From Kiritimatiellia bacterium (lineage in GTDB: Bacteria; Verrucomicrobiota; Kiritimatiellia; RFP12; UBA1067), in the NCBI GenBank assembly GCA_045627925.1, contig JAZQOS010000020.1, forward strand, positions 2,942-66,941: a stretch of 64,000 nucleotides of DNA, in the 5' to 3' direction. The position numbers and the translations under genes were made by a program. Numbering within the stretch: position 1 is the first letter of the stretch; each line of letters starts with the position of its first letter. Below, piece after piece: positions 29,301 to 38,757 of the stretch. A model generated the notes under the pieces. It ran no database searches and was not told the DNA's origin. It was given only the letters and a program-made list of their open reading frames with translations.

Positions 29301-29649
29301 GGAGGTGAGGGGAGTCGAACCCCTGTCCGAAACGGTATCACCCAAGCGTCTACGCGTGTAGTCTGCCTTTAATCTCGAAATGGGCAAGCGGACAAACGCG
29401 CTAAGCTCAATTCATCCGCTTGATTCGGCACCCTGCAGCGAACAGGCGGAACTCCCTGCAGCGTGGTCCGATGAATTATGCCTTTTAGGTTATCGGGCGT
29501 CCCCTAATCGACATGCGGCCTTTATTTAGGCGGCAAGAGCGTAATCGTTGTTCGCAATTACAGTTTTTTCCCGTTTTTTAACGAGGCCAACGAGAATCCT
29601 CGACGCGCGACCTGACTTCAACACATTCCGTCGAAACCGGATCACCCCC
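29297..29649 (-). ncRNA. ssrA: tmRNA
   Basis: 5' GGGGGTGATCCGGTTTCGAC, 3' GGACAGGGGTTCGACTCCCCTCACCTCCACCA; tag frame ANNDYALAA* at 29555-29526. Confidence 0.97.
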
Positions 29650-29669
29650 ATAAGGGGAAAACGAGGCGA

Positions 29670-29703
29670 ATTATACCATAATTCACGTCCTTTGTGGTAT
29701 AAT
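29670..29703. promoter_or_regulatory. Divergent pair of extended -10 boxes (ssrA / phosphatase)
   Basis: ATTATACCA-N16-TGGTATAAT. Confidence 0.75.
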
Positions 29704-29713
29704 ACTTTGCCGT

Positions 29714-31312
29714 ATGAAGAACTTCGTCAAGATGAGTTTGAATGTGGTCGTCCTGTCGGCGGTCTTGTTCGTCGGCATTGCCATCTTCGTCGCGATGAGC
29801 ACCAAGTCGATGATGGTCGGCGAGGCGGAGCGTACGGTTCGAAGCGTCGTGCGCGCGACTGCGGGGCGCATTGATCTATTGATGTCCGAGGTGGAATCGG
29901 CGGTCAACAACTCGGCGTGGATGGTCGGCGAGCACCTTAATGACCCCGATTACATGTATCGCATTACCCGCGAGCTTGTGAAGAACAACGAGTTCATTGT
30001 CGGTAGCGCGATCGCCTTCAAGTCAAACTACTTCCCGAAGAAGGGCCACTTCTTCGCGCCTTACAGCTATCTTGACGAAAAGGACACGCTTAAGTTCAAG
30101 CAACTCGGCTCCGCCGACAACGACTATTTTATTCAGGAGTGGTACGATGTTCCATTGAAGAGCGGCGAGCGGTATTGGACGGAACCGTATTTCGACGAGG
30201 GCGGCGGTAAGATATTGATGAGCACTTATTCCGTGCCGATTAAGGACGCGAAAGGCGAGGTGTACGCGATTTTGACCGCTGATCTCTCGCTTGAACAGTT
30301 GCGCGGTTATGTCGCCGCGATCAAACCCTATCCGCAATCCTACGCCGTTTTGAAAACCGCGAAGGACGGCTATCTCGTTCGCCCGCCCCGGCAGAGCGAA
30401 GTCGACAAGATGATCACGATTCGCGATCATGCGGCGAACGGCTGGATTATCGAAATCATCTGTCCCGTCTCGGAGATTTTAAAAGGTGCCGAGGAGCTGG
30501 TCGTGAAGATTGTCATCTTCTCGCTCGCGGGACTTGCGCTTATCTTCCTTCTTTCCTGGTTTTATTCTTCGCGGCTTCAGCGCGCCACCGTCGAGCGTCA
30601 GCGCATCGCAAGCGAACTTTCGATTGCGAGCAAGATTCAGGAGGATATTCTACCGCGGAAGTTTCCCGATTATCTTACCGCGCGGCTTCGACCCGCGCGC
30701 GAGGTCGGCGGCGACCTTTACGATTTCGTGGAAGTGGGCGACAAAGTTTACTTTATCGTCGGCGACGCCTCGGGGAAAGGGGTTCCGGCGGCGCTCTTCT
30801 CATTTATGGCGGAGACGGCGTTTCGGCTTTCGTGCACGATGGGCTTGAAGCCCGACGCGATTGTCCGCAACATCAATTCAATTTTGGTTAACGGCAACGA
30901 CATGAGCATGTTCGTTACGACCTTCGTCGGGCTTCTCGACCGCAAAACCGATGCATTCGAATATTGCAACGGCGGGCATAATTCTCCGGTAGTCGTCGAC
31001 AAGGACGGCAAGGTCGAGTTTCTCGCGGTGAAGCGCAATTTGCCTTGCGGCGTTATGGAGGACTATCCGTTCACCTTGCAGTCCGCCCAGCTTTCGGCGG
31101 GTTCGACGCTGATAGTCTACACCGACGGCGTAACCGAGGCCGAACGCGCCGACCATTCCCAGTTCGGCGAGGGACGGCTCGACGATTTCGCGCTTGCGCA
31201 CGCCACGGAGGAGCCGTCCGCAATCGTCGGCAAGCTTTTCGCCGAGGTGGATCGTTTCGTCGCCGGTGCCGAGCAGTCCGATGACATAACGGTGATGGCG
31301 ATTCGGGTTTGA
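29714..31312 (+). CDS. Cache-domain sensor / SpoIIE (PP2C) family phosphatase
   Basis: TM-Cache (WTEPYFDEGGG)-TM, then PAREVGGDLYD, GDASGKGVPAA, YTDGVTEA and SDDIT. Confidence 0.93.
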   Translation: MKNFVKMSLNVVVLSAVLFVGIAIFVAMSTKSMMVGEAERTVRSVVRATAGRIDLLMSEVESAVNNSAWMVGEHLNDPDYMYRITRELVKNNEFIVGSAIAFKSNYFPKKGHFFAPYSYLDEKDTLKFKQLGSADNDYFIQEWYDVPLKSGERYWTEPYFDEGGGKILMSTYSVPIKDAKGEVYAILTADLSLEQLRGYVAAIKPYPQSYAVLKTAKDGYLVRPPRQSEVDKMITIRDHAANGWIIEIICPVSEILKGAEELVVKIVIFSLAGLALIFLLSWFYSSRLQRATVERQRIASELSIASKIQEDILPRKFPDYLTARLRPAREVGGDLYDFVEVGDKVYFIVGDASGKGVPAALFSFMAETAFRLSCTMGLKPDAIVRNINSILVNGNDMSMFVTTFVGLLDRKTDAFEYCNGGHNSPVVVDKDGKVEFLAVKRNLPCGVMEDYPFTLQSAQLSAGSTLIVYTDGVTEAERADHSQFGEGRLDDFALAHATEEPSAIVGKLFAEVDRFVAGAEQSDDITVMAIRV

Positions 31313-31905
31313 TGCAAACGGTAATTCTGGCTAATGGCGATTTCCCGCCGAAGGGCGGCGAGGCGTATTCTGCGCTTAAGCAGGCGAAGCGGGTTGTCGC
31401 TTGCGATGGTGCGGCGGCGGAGTTCTATCGGGCGTTTGGCCGGTGGCCGGACGCGGTTGTAGGCGACTTCGATTCTTCCTCGGGGTCTTGCGGCGACGCG
31501 GAACTTGTTAAATGCACCGACGATAATCTTAACGATCTCGAGAAGGCGATTCTTTATTGCAAGCTGACATTCGGGGACGACCTTGTGATCGTCGGCGCGA
31601 GCGGCAAGCGCGAAGACCATACGATTGGCAACATCTTCCGTGCGCTCGAATACGGAGTTAAGATTGTTACGGAAAGCGGCGTCTTTTATTCTCTCTTCGG
31701 CAAGGGAACGTTCTGCTCGCGCAAGAATGCTGGCGTTTCCATTTTCACGAATAACCCCAAGGCGAAGATGGAGTCCACGGGGCTGAAGTGGCCGCTTAAG
31801 GGCGTGAAGTTCTCCGCGCCTTACGTCGCGACCCTTAACCGCACCACTTCGACGCGCTTTACGATCAAGACCGATTCGCCTGCTTTCGTTTATATCGAAA
31901 GGTAG
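31312..31905 (+). CDS. thiN: Thiamine diphosphokinase
   Basis: ILANG, ACDGA, VVGDFDS, NDLEKA, GKREDH and GLKWPL. Confidence 0.9.
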   Translation: MQTVILANGDFPPKGGEAYSALKQAKRVVACDGAAAEFYRAFGRWPDAVVGDFDSSSGSCGDAELVKCTDDNLNDLEKAILYCKLTFGDDLVIVGASGKREDHTIGNIFRALEYGVKIVTESGVFYSLFGKGTFCSRKNAGVSIFTNNPKAKMESTGLKWPLKGVKFSAPYVATLNRTTSTRFTIKTDSPAFVYIER

Positions 31906-32489
31906 GGATTCGCCGACTTTTCCGCGCCAATCGTCGTGTGCGGCCCGTGCCCTGGGATGACGAGTGTTTCGTCTGGCAATTGGACGAGTTTTTTAAGCGA
32001 ATCCAAGAGCGTCGACATGCTGCCGCCCGGCAGATCCGTGCGACCGATCGAGCCCGCGAACAGGGTATCGCCGGAAAGGAGCAGCTTTTCGGACGGGAAA
32101 TAGTAGCAAACTCCGCCTGGGGTATGGCCGGGCGTTTCGATGACCTCGCAAAAGTCGAGCTCTTTGGTCTCGTGCAAGTTTTTCGGCTCGGGGATTCCCG
32201 GATAAGTCGGCGGCAGCCGGTTGAGCGGATGGGTAAGAACCGGGCGGTCGAGTCGGTGGACGTAGACCCTAAGCTCGGGAAAACGCTTTTGCAACTCGGG
32301 GATTGCGCCGATGTGGTCGAAGTGGGCGTGGGTAAGGAGGATTCCGGCGGGGACGAGGCCGCGCTTCTCCATTAGTGCGATAATGCGCTCCGCTTCGTCG
32401 CCGGGGTCGACGATCCACGCCTTGCCGTCCAGCGAGAGGATCGACGAGTTCACCTCGAAAGAGCCAACTTGAATAGTCAATCGTTCCAT
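31890..32489 (-). CDS. MBL-fold metallo-hydrolase (glyoxalase II-like)
   Basis: THAHFDH, TPGHTPG, GDTLF and PGHG. Confidence 0.93.
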   Translation of the reverse strand: MERLTIQVGSFEVNSSILSLDGKAWIVDPGDEAERIIALMEKRGLVPAGILLTHAHFDHIGAIPELQKRFPELRVYVHRLDRPVLTHPLNRLPPTYPGIPEPKNLHETKELDFCEVIETPGHTPGGVCYYFPSEKLLLSGDTLFAGSIGRTDLPGGSMSTLLDSLKKLVQLPDETLVIPGHGPHTTIGAEKSANPYLSI

Positions 32490-32523
32490 AATTTAAGGTA
32501 ATTATATCATAAAAGCGCTCGGG

Positions 32524-32553
32524 TTGACTTTGCGAGGCGGTTTTTGGTAAAAT
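32524..32553 (+). promoter_or_regulatory. rpsB promoter
   Basis: TTGACT-18-TAAAAT with TG extension; divergent from a minus-strand TGATATAAT at 32501-32509. Confidence 0.65.
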
Positions 32554-32664
32554 ACGCGCTAATTCGTCCAAGTCGGACGAATGGAAGCGAAAGATTTCCG
32601 GTATCCATCCGGGGACAAAGCGGATTAATCGAAAAACAAAAGGATTAAATAAGGAAAGAACAAA

Positions 32665-33690
32665 ATGGAAATGCCTACCTCGGCCCTCACCGGGATTACG
32701 CTCAAGGACATGTTTGATGCCGGGCTTCACTTCGGCCATCAAACCAAGCGCTGGAATCCGAAGATGAAAGGATACATCTTCGACAAGCGCAACGGAATTC
32801 ACATTATCGATCTCGCCCAGTCGGTTCAGCTTTTGGACGAGGCGGCCGGTTTCGTCCGCGAGACGATTCTCGCCGGCAAGAAGATTCTCTTCGTCGCGAC
32901 CAAGAAGCAGGTCGCCGAGATGGTTAAGGCCTCCGCGGTCGAGAACGACCAGTTTTACGTGACCGAGCGCTGGCTCGGCGGTACGCTCACCAACTCCAAG
33001 ACCATCCGTTCCTCGGTCAAGCGCATGCGCCAGTTGCAGGCGACGGCGAAGGCGAACGGCGGCGAGCTTTCCGAGCACAAGCAGGAGAACTCGGTGCTCC
33101 GTCGCGAACTCGCCAAGCTCGAGAAGAACCTGACCGGCGTCGCCGATATGGTGAACGATCCGGGCGCGGTCGTCGTCATCGACTGCGTGAAGGAGGCGAA
33201 CGCGGTCAAGGAAGCTTCGCGTCTCAATATTCCGATCATCGCGATCGTCGACACGAACGCCGATCCGGAGCCGATCGATTACGTGATCCCCGGCAACGAC
33301 GACAGCGTGCGCGGAGTCGAGCTTATCCTCAACGGATTTTCGAAGGTCATCAAGGCCGCGAACGATGAGTACGGCGCGAAGGCAGCCGAGGAAAACCGCA
33401 AGCGCGAGCAAGAGCGCGCCCAGCGTGACGAGGCCGAGAAGGCGGCGCGGGCGGAGCGCAAGGCGAAGGCGGCGACGAAGCCTGCTGCCGGTGCCAAGAA
33501 GCCCGTGACCCGCAAGCCCGGCTCGGTCGCCGCGAACGTGAAGGCGGCGGCGCGCGCGGCCAAGGAAGCGGCCGAGACCAAGGCGAAGGCTGATCTCGCC
33601 AAGAAGCGTCAGGCCAAGGTCGTCGAAGCGGCGGCTGCGGTCGAGGCGGCGAAGGAAGAGGCGGTTGCGGCTACGCCGAGCGAAAAGTGA
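32665..33690 (+). CDS. rpsB: 30S ribosomal protein S2 with long Ala/Lys-rich tail
   Basis: AGLHFGHQTKRWNPKM, RWLGGTLTN, DTN and PGNDD. Confidence 0.98.
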   Translation: MEMPTSALTGITLKDMFDAGLHFGHQTKRWNPKMKGYIFDKRNGIHIIDLAQSVQLLDEAAGFVRETILAGKKILFVATKKQVAEMVKASAVENDQFYVTERWLGGTLTNSKTIRSSVKRMRQLQATAKANGGELSEHKQENSVLRRELAKLEKNLTGVADMVNDPGAVVVIDCVKEANAVKEASRLNIPIIAIVDTNADPEPIDYVIPGNDDSVRGVELILNGFSKVIKAANDEYGAKAAEENRKREQERAQRDEAEKAARAERKAKAATKPAAGAKKPVTRKPGSVAANVKAAARAAKEAAETKAKADLAKKRQAKVVEAAAAVEAAKEEAVAATPSEK

Positions 33691-33731
33691 TAAACGATAA
33701 ACGAAAAGCGAAAAACTAAAGAGGGTTTGAA

Positions 33732-34565
33732 ATGACGATTACGATTGACATGATCAAGCAACTCCGCGAAGCCACTGCCGCAGGCATGGGCGCTTGCAAG
33801 GAAGCGCTCGCCGCCACCGACGGCAACATGGACGAAGCGGTGAAGTATCTTCGCGAGAAAGGTCTCGCGGTCGCCGCCAAGCGCGTCGACAAGGAGTCCA
33901 AGCAGGGCATCGTCGCGCTCGCGGAAGCGGCCGACAAGAAGACGATGGCGCTCGCGGAAGTCAACTGCGAAACCGACTTCGTCGCCAATACCGACGCCTA
34001 CAAGGAATTCTGCGCCAACGCGGCCAAGGTCGCCTTGGAGGGGAAGGACATCGCCGAGACGCTCGCCGACGACTACAAGATGCTCCTTACCAAGACCGGC
34101 GAGAACGTGAAGATCCGCCGTTCGGAGCGCTACGAGCTTTCCGGTTCGGGGTGCCTCTCTGGCTACATCCACATGGGCGGCAAGATCGGCGTCATCGTGG
34201 AACTCGCTTGCGACAAGCCCTGCGAAAAGCTCGACGAAGCCGCCCACATGATCTGCTTGCAGGTCGCGGCGAACTCGCCGAAGTACGTGAAGAGCGAAGA
34301 CGTTCCCCAGCCGGAAATCGACGCCGAGCTCGAGATCAAGCTCAACGCGCTCAAGGAGCAGAAGGGCAAGTTGCCGCCGGAGCAGGCGCTCGTCGGCATC
34401 AAGAAGGGCTTGGCCGCGAAGTTCTGCACGCAGCTCTGCCTGATCGAGCAGGAATACGTCGCGGACGGCGACCTCACCGTCAAGAAGTATCTCGACGGCA
34501 TCGCGAAGGAGATCGGCGCGCCGATTTCCGTGAAGCGTTTCGCGCGTCTCCAACTCGGAGCGTAA
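33732..34565 (+). CDS. tsf: Elongation factor Ts
   Basis: IKQLREATAAGM..CKEAL and EVNCETDFVA. Confidence 0.97.
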   Translation: MTITIDMIKQLREATAAGMGACKEALAATDGNMDEAVKYLREKGLAVAAKRVDKESKQGIVALAEAADKKTMALAEVNCETDFVANTDAYKEFCANAAKVALEGKDIAETLADDYKMLLTKTGENVKIRRSERYELSGSGCLSGYIHMGGKIGVIVELACDKPCEKLDEAAHMICLQVAANSPKYVKSEDVPQPEIDAELEIKLNALKEQKGKLPPEQALVGIKKGLAAKFCTQLCLIEQEYVADGDLTVKKYLDGIAKEIGAPISVKRFARLQLGA

Positions 34566-34566
34566 G

Positions 34567-35466
34567 ATGCGCAAGTTGAACGGCCTGGCGCTCGCGCTGG
34601 CGGTTATCGCCGCCATCGCGGGCGCGGTCGTTTTCGTCTCGCACCGGCGCGACATCGCCGCCTACGAGGCATCGCGCGCCGCCAACGAGGAGGAAACGGC
34701 GAACGCGAAGGCGAAGGAAGCGAAGGCGCTCAAGGAGGCGGAGGAAGCGAAGCGCGCTTCCGCCAAGCTCGAACTCGAGCGCGAAAAATCGCGCATTAAG
34801 GCGGCGGAGGAGGAGAAGGCCGTGAAAGCGCGGGAAGCGGAGAATTTGGCCGTAAAGTCTCGCATCGCCGAGGACGCGCGGCGCGAGGCGGAGGCGAAGG
34901 CGAAGGAATCGAGCGACGCCCGCGCCCTCGCGGAGGCGAAGGCGAAGGAGGCGAAGGCGCTTAAGGACGCGGAGGAGGCGCGCGAAAAGACCGCCGAAGC
35001 CGAGGCGGTTGCGAGCGAGCACGAGCGCGCCAAGGCGGAGGCCGAGACGCTCAAGCTTCGCCATTCGCTCGCGGAACTGGAAGCCCTTAAGAGCGAATAC
35101 GGCGCGCGTATTGCGGAGGCGGAAGCGCTGACGCGAGATCTGGAGGAGATGAAGGAAGCGCTGACGCCGGAGCGGACGGTTTCCGATTTGATGACTACCG
35201 GCGACGACTTGCGCACGGAAAAGCCCGCCGAAGAGGATGACCGGAACGTGCCCGCAGGTCGGCGCGAACTCGCGAGGGCGGAAAAGGCGTTCGCCGCGCT
35301 GAGGGCGGAGATTTCATCGGCGACTCGCGAAGAGCAAATCAAGAAGCTTGAAGCGCTTATGCGAGAGGCGATCAAGGCGGATCGCGTAGTCGAAGCGCAA
35401 TACTACTATCGGACAATCCGCGAGATGTATCCGGATTGGGAATTTACGGGAGGCGAGGACAAATGA
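34567..35466 (+). CDS. Membrane-anchored Ala/Glu/Lys-rich coiled-coil protein
   Basis: N-terminal TM helix and repeated AKAKEAKALK(E/D)AEEA. Confidence 0.75.
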   Translation: MRKLNGLALALAVIAAIAGAVVFVSHRRDIAAYEASRAANEEETANAKAKEAKALKEAEEAKRASAKLELEREKSRIKAAEEEKAVKAREAENLAVKSRIAEDARREAEAKAKESSDARALAEAKAKEAKALKDAEEAREKTAEAEAVASEHERAKAEAETLKLRHSLAELEALKSEYGARIAEAEALTRDLEEMKEALTPERTVSDLMTTGDDLRTEKPAEEDDRNVPAGRRELARAEKAFAALRAEISSATREEQIKKLEALMREAIKADRVVEAQYYYRTIREMYPDWEFTGGEDK

Positions 35467-36581
35467 GTCTGGCGGTGGGAATCGTGGGTTTGCCGAACGT
35501 CGGCAAATCGACTTTGTTCAACGCGCTGACCAAGAAGCAGCAGGCGGCGGCGGAGAACTATCCTTTCTGCACCATCGAGCCGAACACGGCGGTGGTGGAG
35601 GTGAACGACGAGCGGCTCGAAAAGCTCGCCGAGCTCGCGAAGCCCGAGCAGATTATCCGCGCCACCGTCGACTTCACCGACATCGCGGGTCTCGTCAAAG
35701 GCGCGTCGAAGGGCGAGGGTCTCGGCAACAAGTTCCTCGCCAACATTCGCGAGTGCGACGCGATTCTCCACGTCGTTCGGTGCTTCGAGAACGACGACAT
35801 CATCCACGTTCAGGAGGGCGGCAACAAGTCCGCGCCGATCGATCCCGTGGGCGACGCCGAGGTGATCGAAACCGAGCTTATTCTCGCCGACATGGAGCAG
35901 CTTCAGAAGCGCTACGAGAAGGTTCGCAAGGAAGCCCAGGCGAAGCCGCCGATGCGTCCCGAGGCCGAGGCCTGCGCCGCGCTTTTGAAGCATCTCGAAG
36001 AGGGAAACCCCGTTCGGAGTTTCCCGCGCAAGGAAGGCGATGCGATTTTGAACGTTCTCAAGGAGCTTCACTTCCTTACCGACAAGAAGGTAATTTATTG
36101 CGCCAATGTCGCCGACGACAACGTCACCGGCGAGGGCAATCCCCACGTCGCCGCGCTCAAGGCCTACGCCGACCGTCAAGGCGCGAATATGGTCGTCATT
36201 TGCGCGCAGATGGAAGCCGATCTTGCGGGGCTTTCCGACGCCGAGGCAAAGGAGTTCTTGCAGAGCTACGGGTTGAGCGAATCGTCGCTGGACAGGACGA
36301 TCAAGCTCGCCTACGAAACCTTGGGACTCGCGAGCTTTCTTACGGCGGGGCCGAAGGAAGTTCGGGCGTGGACGTTCCGCCGCGGCTGGAAGGCGCCGAA
36401 GTGCGCCGGCGTCATCCACACCGATTTCGAAAAGGGCTTCATTCGCGCCCAGGTCGTCGCTTACGCCGATTACGTAAAGTACGGCGGCGAGGCGGGAGCG
36501 CGCGAGCACGGCGTTTTGCGTCCCGAGGGCAAGGAATACGAGATGCAAGACGGCGACGTCGTCGAGTTCATGTTCAACTAA
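35463..36581 (+). CDS. ychF: Redox-regulated ATPase YchF
   Basis: [31 protein letters not shown] and [12 protein letters not shown]. Confidence 0.98.
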   Translation: MSLAVGIVGLPNVGKSTLFNALTKKQQAAAENYPFCTIEPNTAVVEVNDERLEKLAELAKPEQIIRATVDFTDIAGLVKGASKGEGLGNKFLANIRECDAILHVVRCFENDDIIHVQEGGNKSAPIDPVGDAEVIETELILADMEQLQKRYEKVRKEAQAKPPMRPEAEACAALLKHLEEGNPVRSFPRKEGDAILNVLKELHFLTDKKVIYCANVADDNVTGEGNPHVAALKAYADRQGANMVVICAQMEADLAGLSDAEAKEFLQSYGLSESSLDRTIKLAYETLGLASFLTAGPKEVRAWTFRRGWKAPKCAGVIHTDFEKGFIRAQVVAYADYVKYGGEAGAREHGVLRPEGKEYEMQDGDVVEFMFN

Positions 36582-36599
36582 ACGAGAGGGAGGCGGTAT

Positions 36600-37037
36600 A
36601 TGGAAATTCGCCAACTGTCGATTTTTCTGGAGAACAAGCCGGGGCAGCTTTCGGCGATTTGCCGCGCGCTCGCCGACGCCGGAGTCAACATCGCCACGCT
36701 CTCGCTCGCCGATACGAGCGACTTCGGGATCGTGCGGATGATTGTGGACGACCACGAGAAGGCGAAGAAGGTGCTTTCGGATTGCGGCCACGTCGCCAAC
36801 GTGAAGGAAGTGATCGCGGTGTGCGTGCCCGATCGCCCGGGCGGGATGGCCGAGGTAATGGGCGTTTTGGACGGCGTGGAGGTGAATATCGAATACAGCT
36901 ACGCCTTCTCCTTCCACAAGGGCGAGAAGGCGGTTTTGGTGTTTCGCTTCTCCGACAACGCTCGCGCCGCCAAGGCGCTCAAGGCGGCGGGGTATATTAC
37001 GCTTTCGGAGGATGAAGTAATAAAGGAGAGTCGATGA
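36600..37037 (+). CDS. Tandem ACT domain protein
   Basis: QLSIFLENKPG, DRPGG and NIEYSYAF. Confidence 0.9.
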   Translation: MEIRQLSIFLENKPGQLSAICRALADAGVNIATLSLADTSDFGIVRMIVDDHEKAKKVLSDCGHVANVKEVIAVCVPDRPGGMAEVMGVLDGVEVNIEYSYAFSFHKGEKAVLVFRFSDNARAAKALKAAGYITLSEDEVIKESR

Positions 37038-37900
37038 AGAAGGCGGTTGTCAATGGTACGGCGATTCCCGACGAGGCGGTGAGTTTCGAGCTTGATCGCC
37101 TCGTTCGGTTCTACATGAGCCACGGCATGACGATGGACGAGGTGAAGAAGAACTTGCCGAAGCTGGAGGAAAAGGCGCTTGAGCAGGCGATTGGCGCGCG
37201 ACTCCTCTTGGAGAGGTCTCACGAACTCGACGTCAAGGTCACCGCCGCGGACATCGACGCGGAAGTCGCGAAGGTCGTGACCCAAGTCGGCGGCGAGGAG
37301 AACTACAAGAAGGCGCTCGCGGCCCAGAAGATCAGCGAGACGGATTTCCGCAAGGAACTCGAAAAGGGCGCGAAGGTGAATAAGCTCGTCGAGCAGGCTT
37401 GCAGCAGCGTGCCCGAGCCGACCGAGGAGGAGGTCACCGCGTTCTACGAGGCCCATCAAGCCGAATACGTCGAGCCGGAACAAGTCCTTTGCCAGCACAT
37501 CCTCGTCAAGGGCGCGACTCCCGAGGCGTTCGAGAAGATTCGCGCGATTCGCGAGCGCATCGTCAAGGAAGGTGCGGATTTCGCGGCCGAGGCGAAGAAG
37601 AACTCCGATTGCCCGAGCGGCGCCGAGGGCGGCAGTCTCGGCTGGTTCGGACGCGGAATGATGGTCCCCGAGTTCGACAAGGCGGCGTTCGAGATGAAGA
37701 AGGGCGAGATTTCCGACATCATCACGACCCAGTTCGGCTATCACATCATCTACAAGGCCGATCAGCGCGGCGGCGGGAAGCTGACGCTCGTCGACGTCCA
37801 CGACCAGATCAAGGATTTCCTGCGCCACGAAGCGCGCGGTCGGGCGATGGACGCGTTCGTCGGCGAACTTAAATCGGCGGCGAAGATCGAGTATTCGTAA
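37034..37900 (+). CDS. PpiC-type peptidyl-prolyl isomerase with SurA-like N-domain
   Basis: HILV, SDCPS..GGSLG.F.RG.MVPEF and TQFGYHII. Confidence 0.92.
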   Translation: MKKAVVNGTAIPDEAVSFELDRLVRFYMSHGMTMDEVKKNLPKLEEKALEQAIGARLLLERSHELDVKVTAADIDAEVAKVVTQVGGEENYKKALAAQKISETDFRKELEKGAKVNKLVEQACSSVPEPTEEEVTAFYEAHQAEYVEPEQVLCQHILVKGATPEAFEKIRAIRERIVKEGADFAAEAKKNSDCPSGAEGGSLGWFGRGMMVPEFDKAAFEMKKGEISDIITTQFGYHIIYKADQRGGGKLTLVDVHDQIKDFLRHEARGRAMDAFVGELKSAAKIEYS

Positions 37901-38757
37901 TGGAAATCACCTCTCCCGGCAATCCCAAGCTCAAGTACGTCGTCAAGCTTCGCAGCTGCTCGACGCGCGAGGAGTCGGGCGAGATGATCGTCGAGGGCTA
38001 TCGTGAATGTCGGCGGGCGTTGGACAACGGCTACAAGCCGCGTGCGATTTTCCATTGCCCCGAGCTTTATCTCAAAAACGAGAACGAGCCGGCGATTGTC
38101 GCGGAGTGCGAAAAATCGGGCGCGGAAGTCTATACTTGCACGCGGACGTGCTTCGAGAAGATCGCCTACAAGGAACGCCCCGACGGACTTTTGATGGTCG
38201 GCCCGCACGTCTCGATCAAGCTCGCGGAGCTCAAGCTTCCCGAGAACGCGCTCGTCATCGTTACCGAATCGATTGAAAAGCCGGGCAATTTGGGGACGAT
38301 TCTCCGCAGCGCCGACGCCGCGAAAGTGGCGGCGGTAATCGTTTGCGACCGGACGACCGACATCCACAACCCGAACGTCGTTCGCGCCTCGACGGGAACG
38401 ATGTTCTCGGTGCCGATTGTGGAGGCGACGAGCGAAGAGGCGCTCGCGTTTCTAAAATCGCGCGGCTTTAAGATTCTCGCCGCGACTCCCCACGCGGAAA
38501 AGCTTCACTTCGAAGTCGATTTGACCGGCAACGTCGCGATTGCGCTCGGCGCGGAGCAATACGGGCTTACCGCGAAGTGGATGGACGGCGCCGAATTGCG
38601 CGTCAGAATTCCCATGCTCGGGCTCGCCGATTCGCTTAACGCCTCGGCGGCGGCGACGATTCTCGTCTACGAAGCGGTTCGTCAGCGAATCGCCGCCGGT
38701 ATTGACCGAGTTCCCGAGTTCGTTCCGTGGCACGGCGAAGGAATGCACGACCATTGA
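37900..38757 (+). CDS. TrmH/SpoU family RNA methyltransferase
   Basis: EKPGNLGTILRSA, GAEQYG and IPM..DSLN. Confidence 0.93.
   Translation: MEITSPGNPKLKYVVKLRSCSTREESGEMIVEGYRECRRALDNGYKPRAIFHCPELYLKNENEPAIVAECEKSGAEVYTCTRTCFEKIAYKERPDGLLMVGPHVSIKLAELKLPENALVIVTESIEKPGNLGTILRSADAAKVAAVIVCDRTTDIHNPNVVRASTGTMFSVPIVEATSEEALAFLKSRGFKILAATPHAEKLHFEVDLTGNVAIALGAEQYGLTAKWMDGAELRVRIPMLGLADSLNASAAATILVYEAVRQRIAAGIDRVPEFVPWHGEGMHDH

Noticed and set aside
29166-29387. 73-aa ORF or a tRNA gene at 29297-29370
   Set aside because: This is the tRNA-like 3' domain of tmRNA, with matching 5' end and tag frame upstream.
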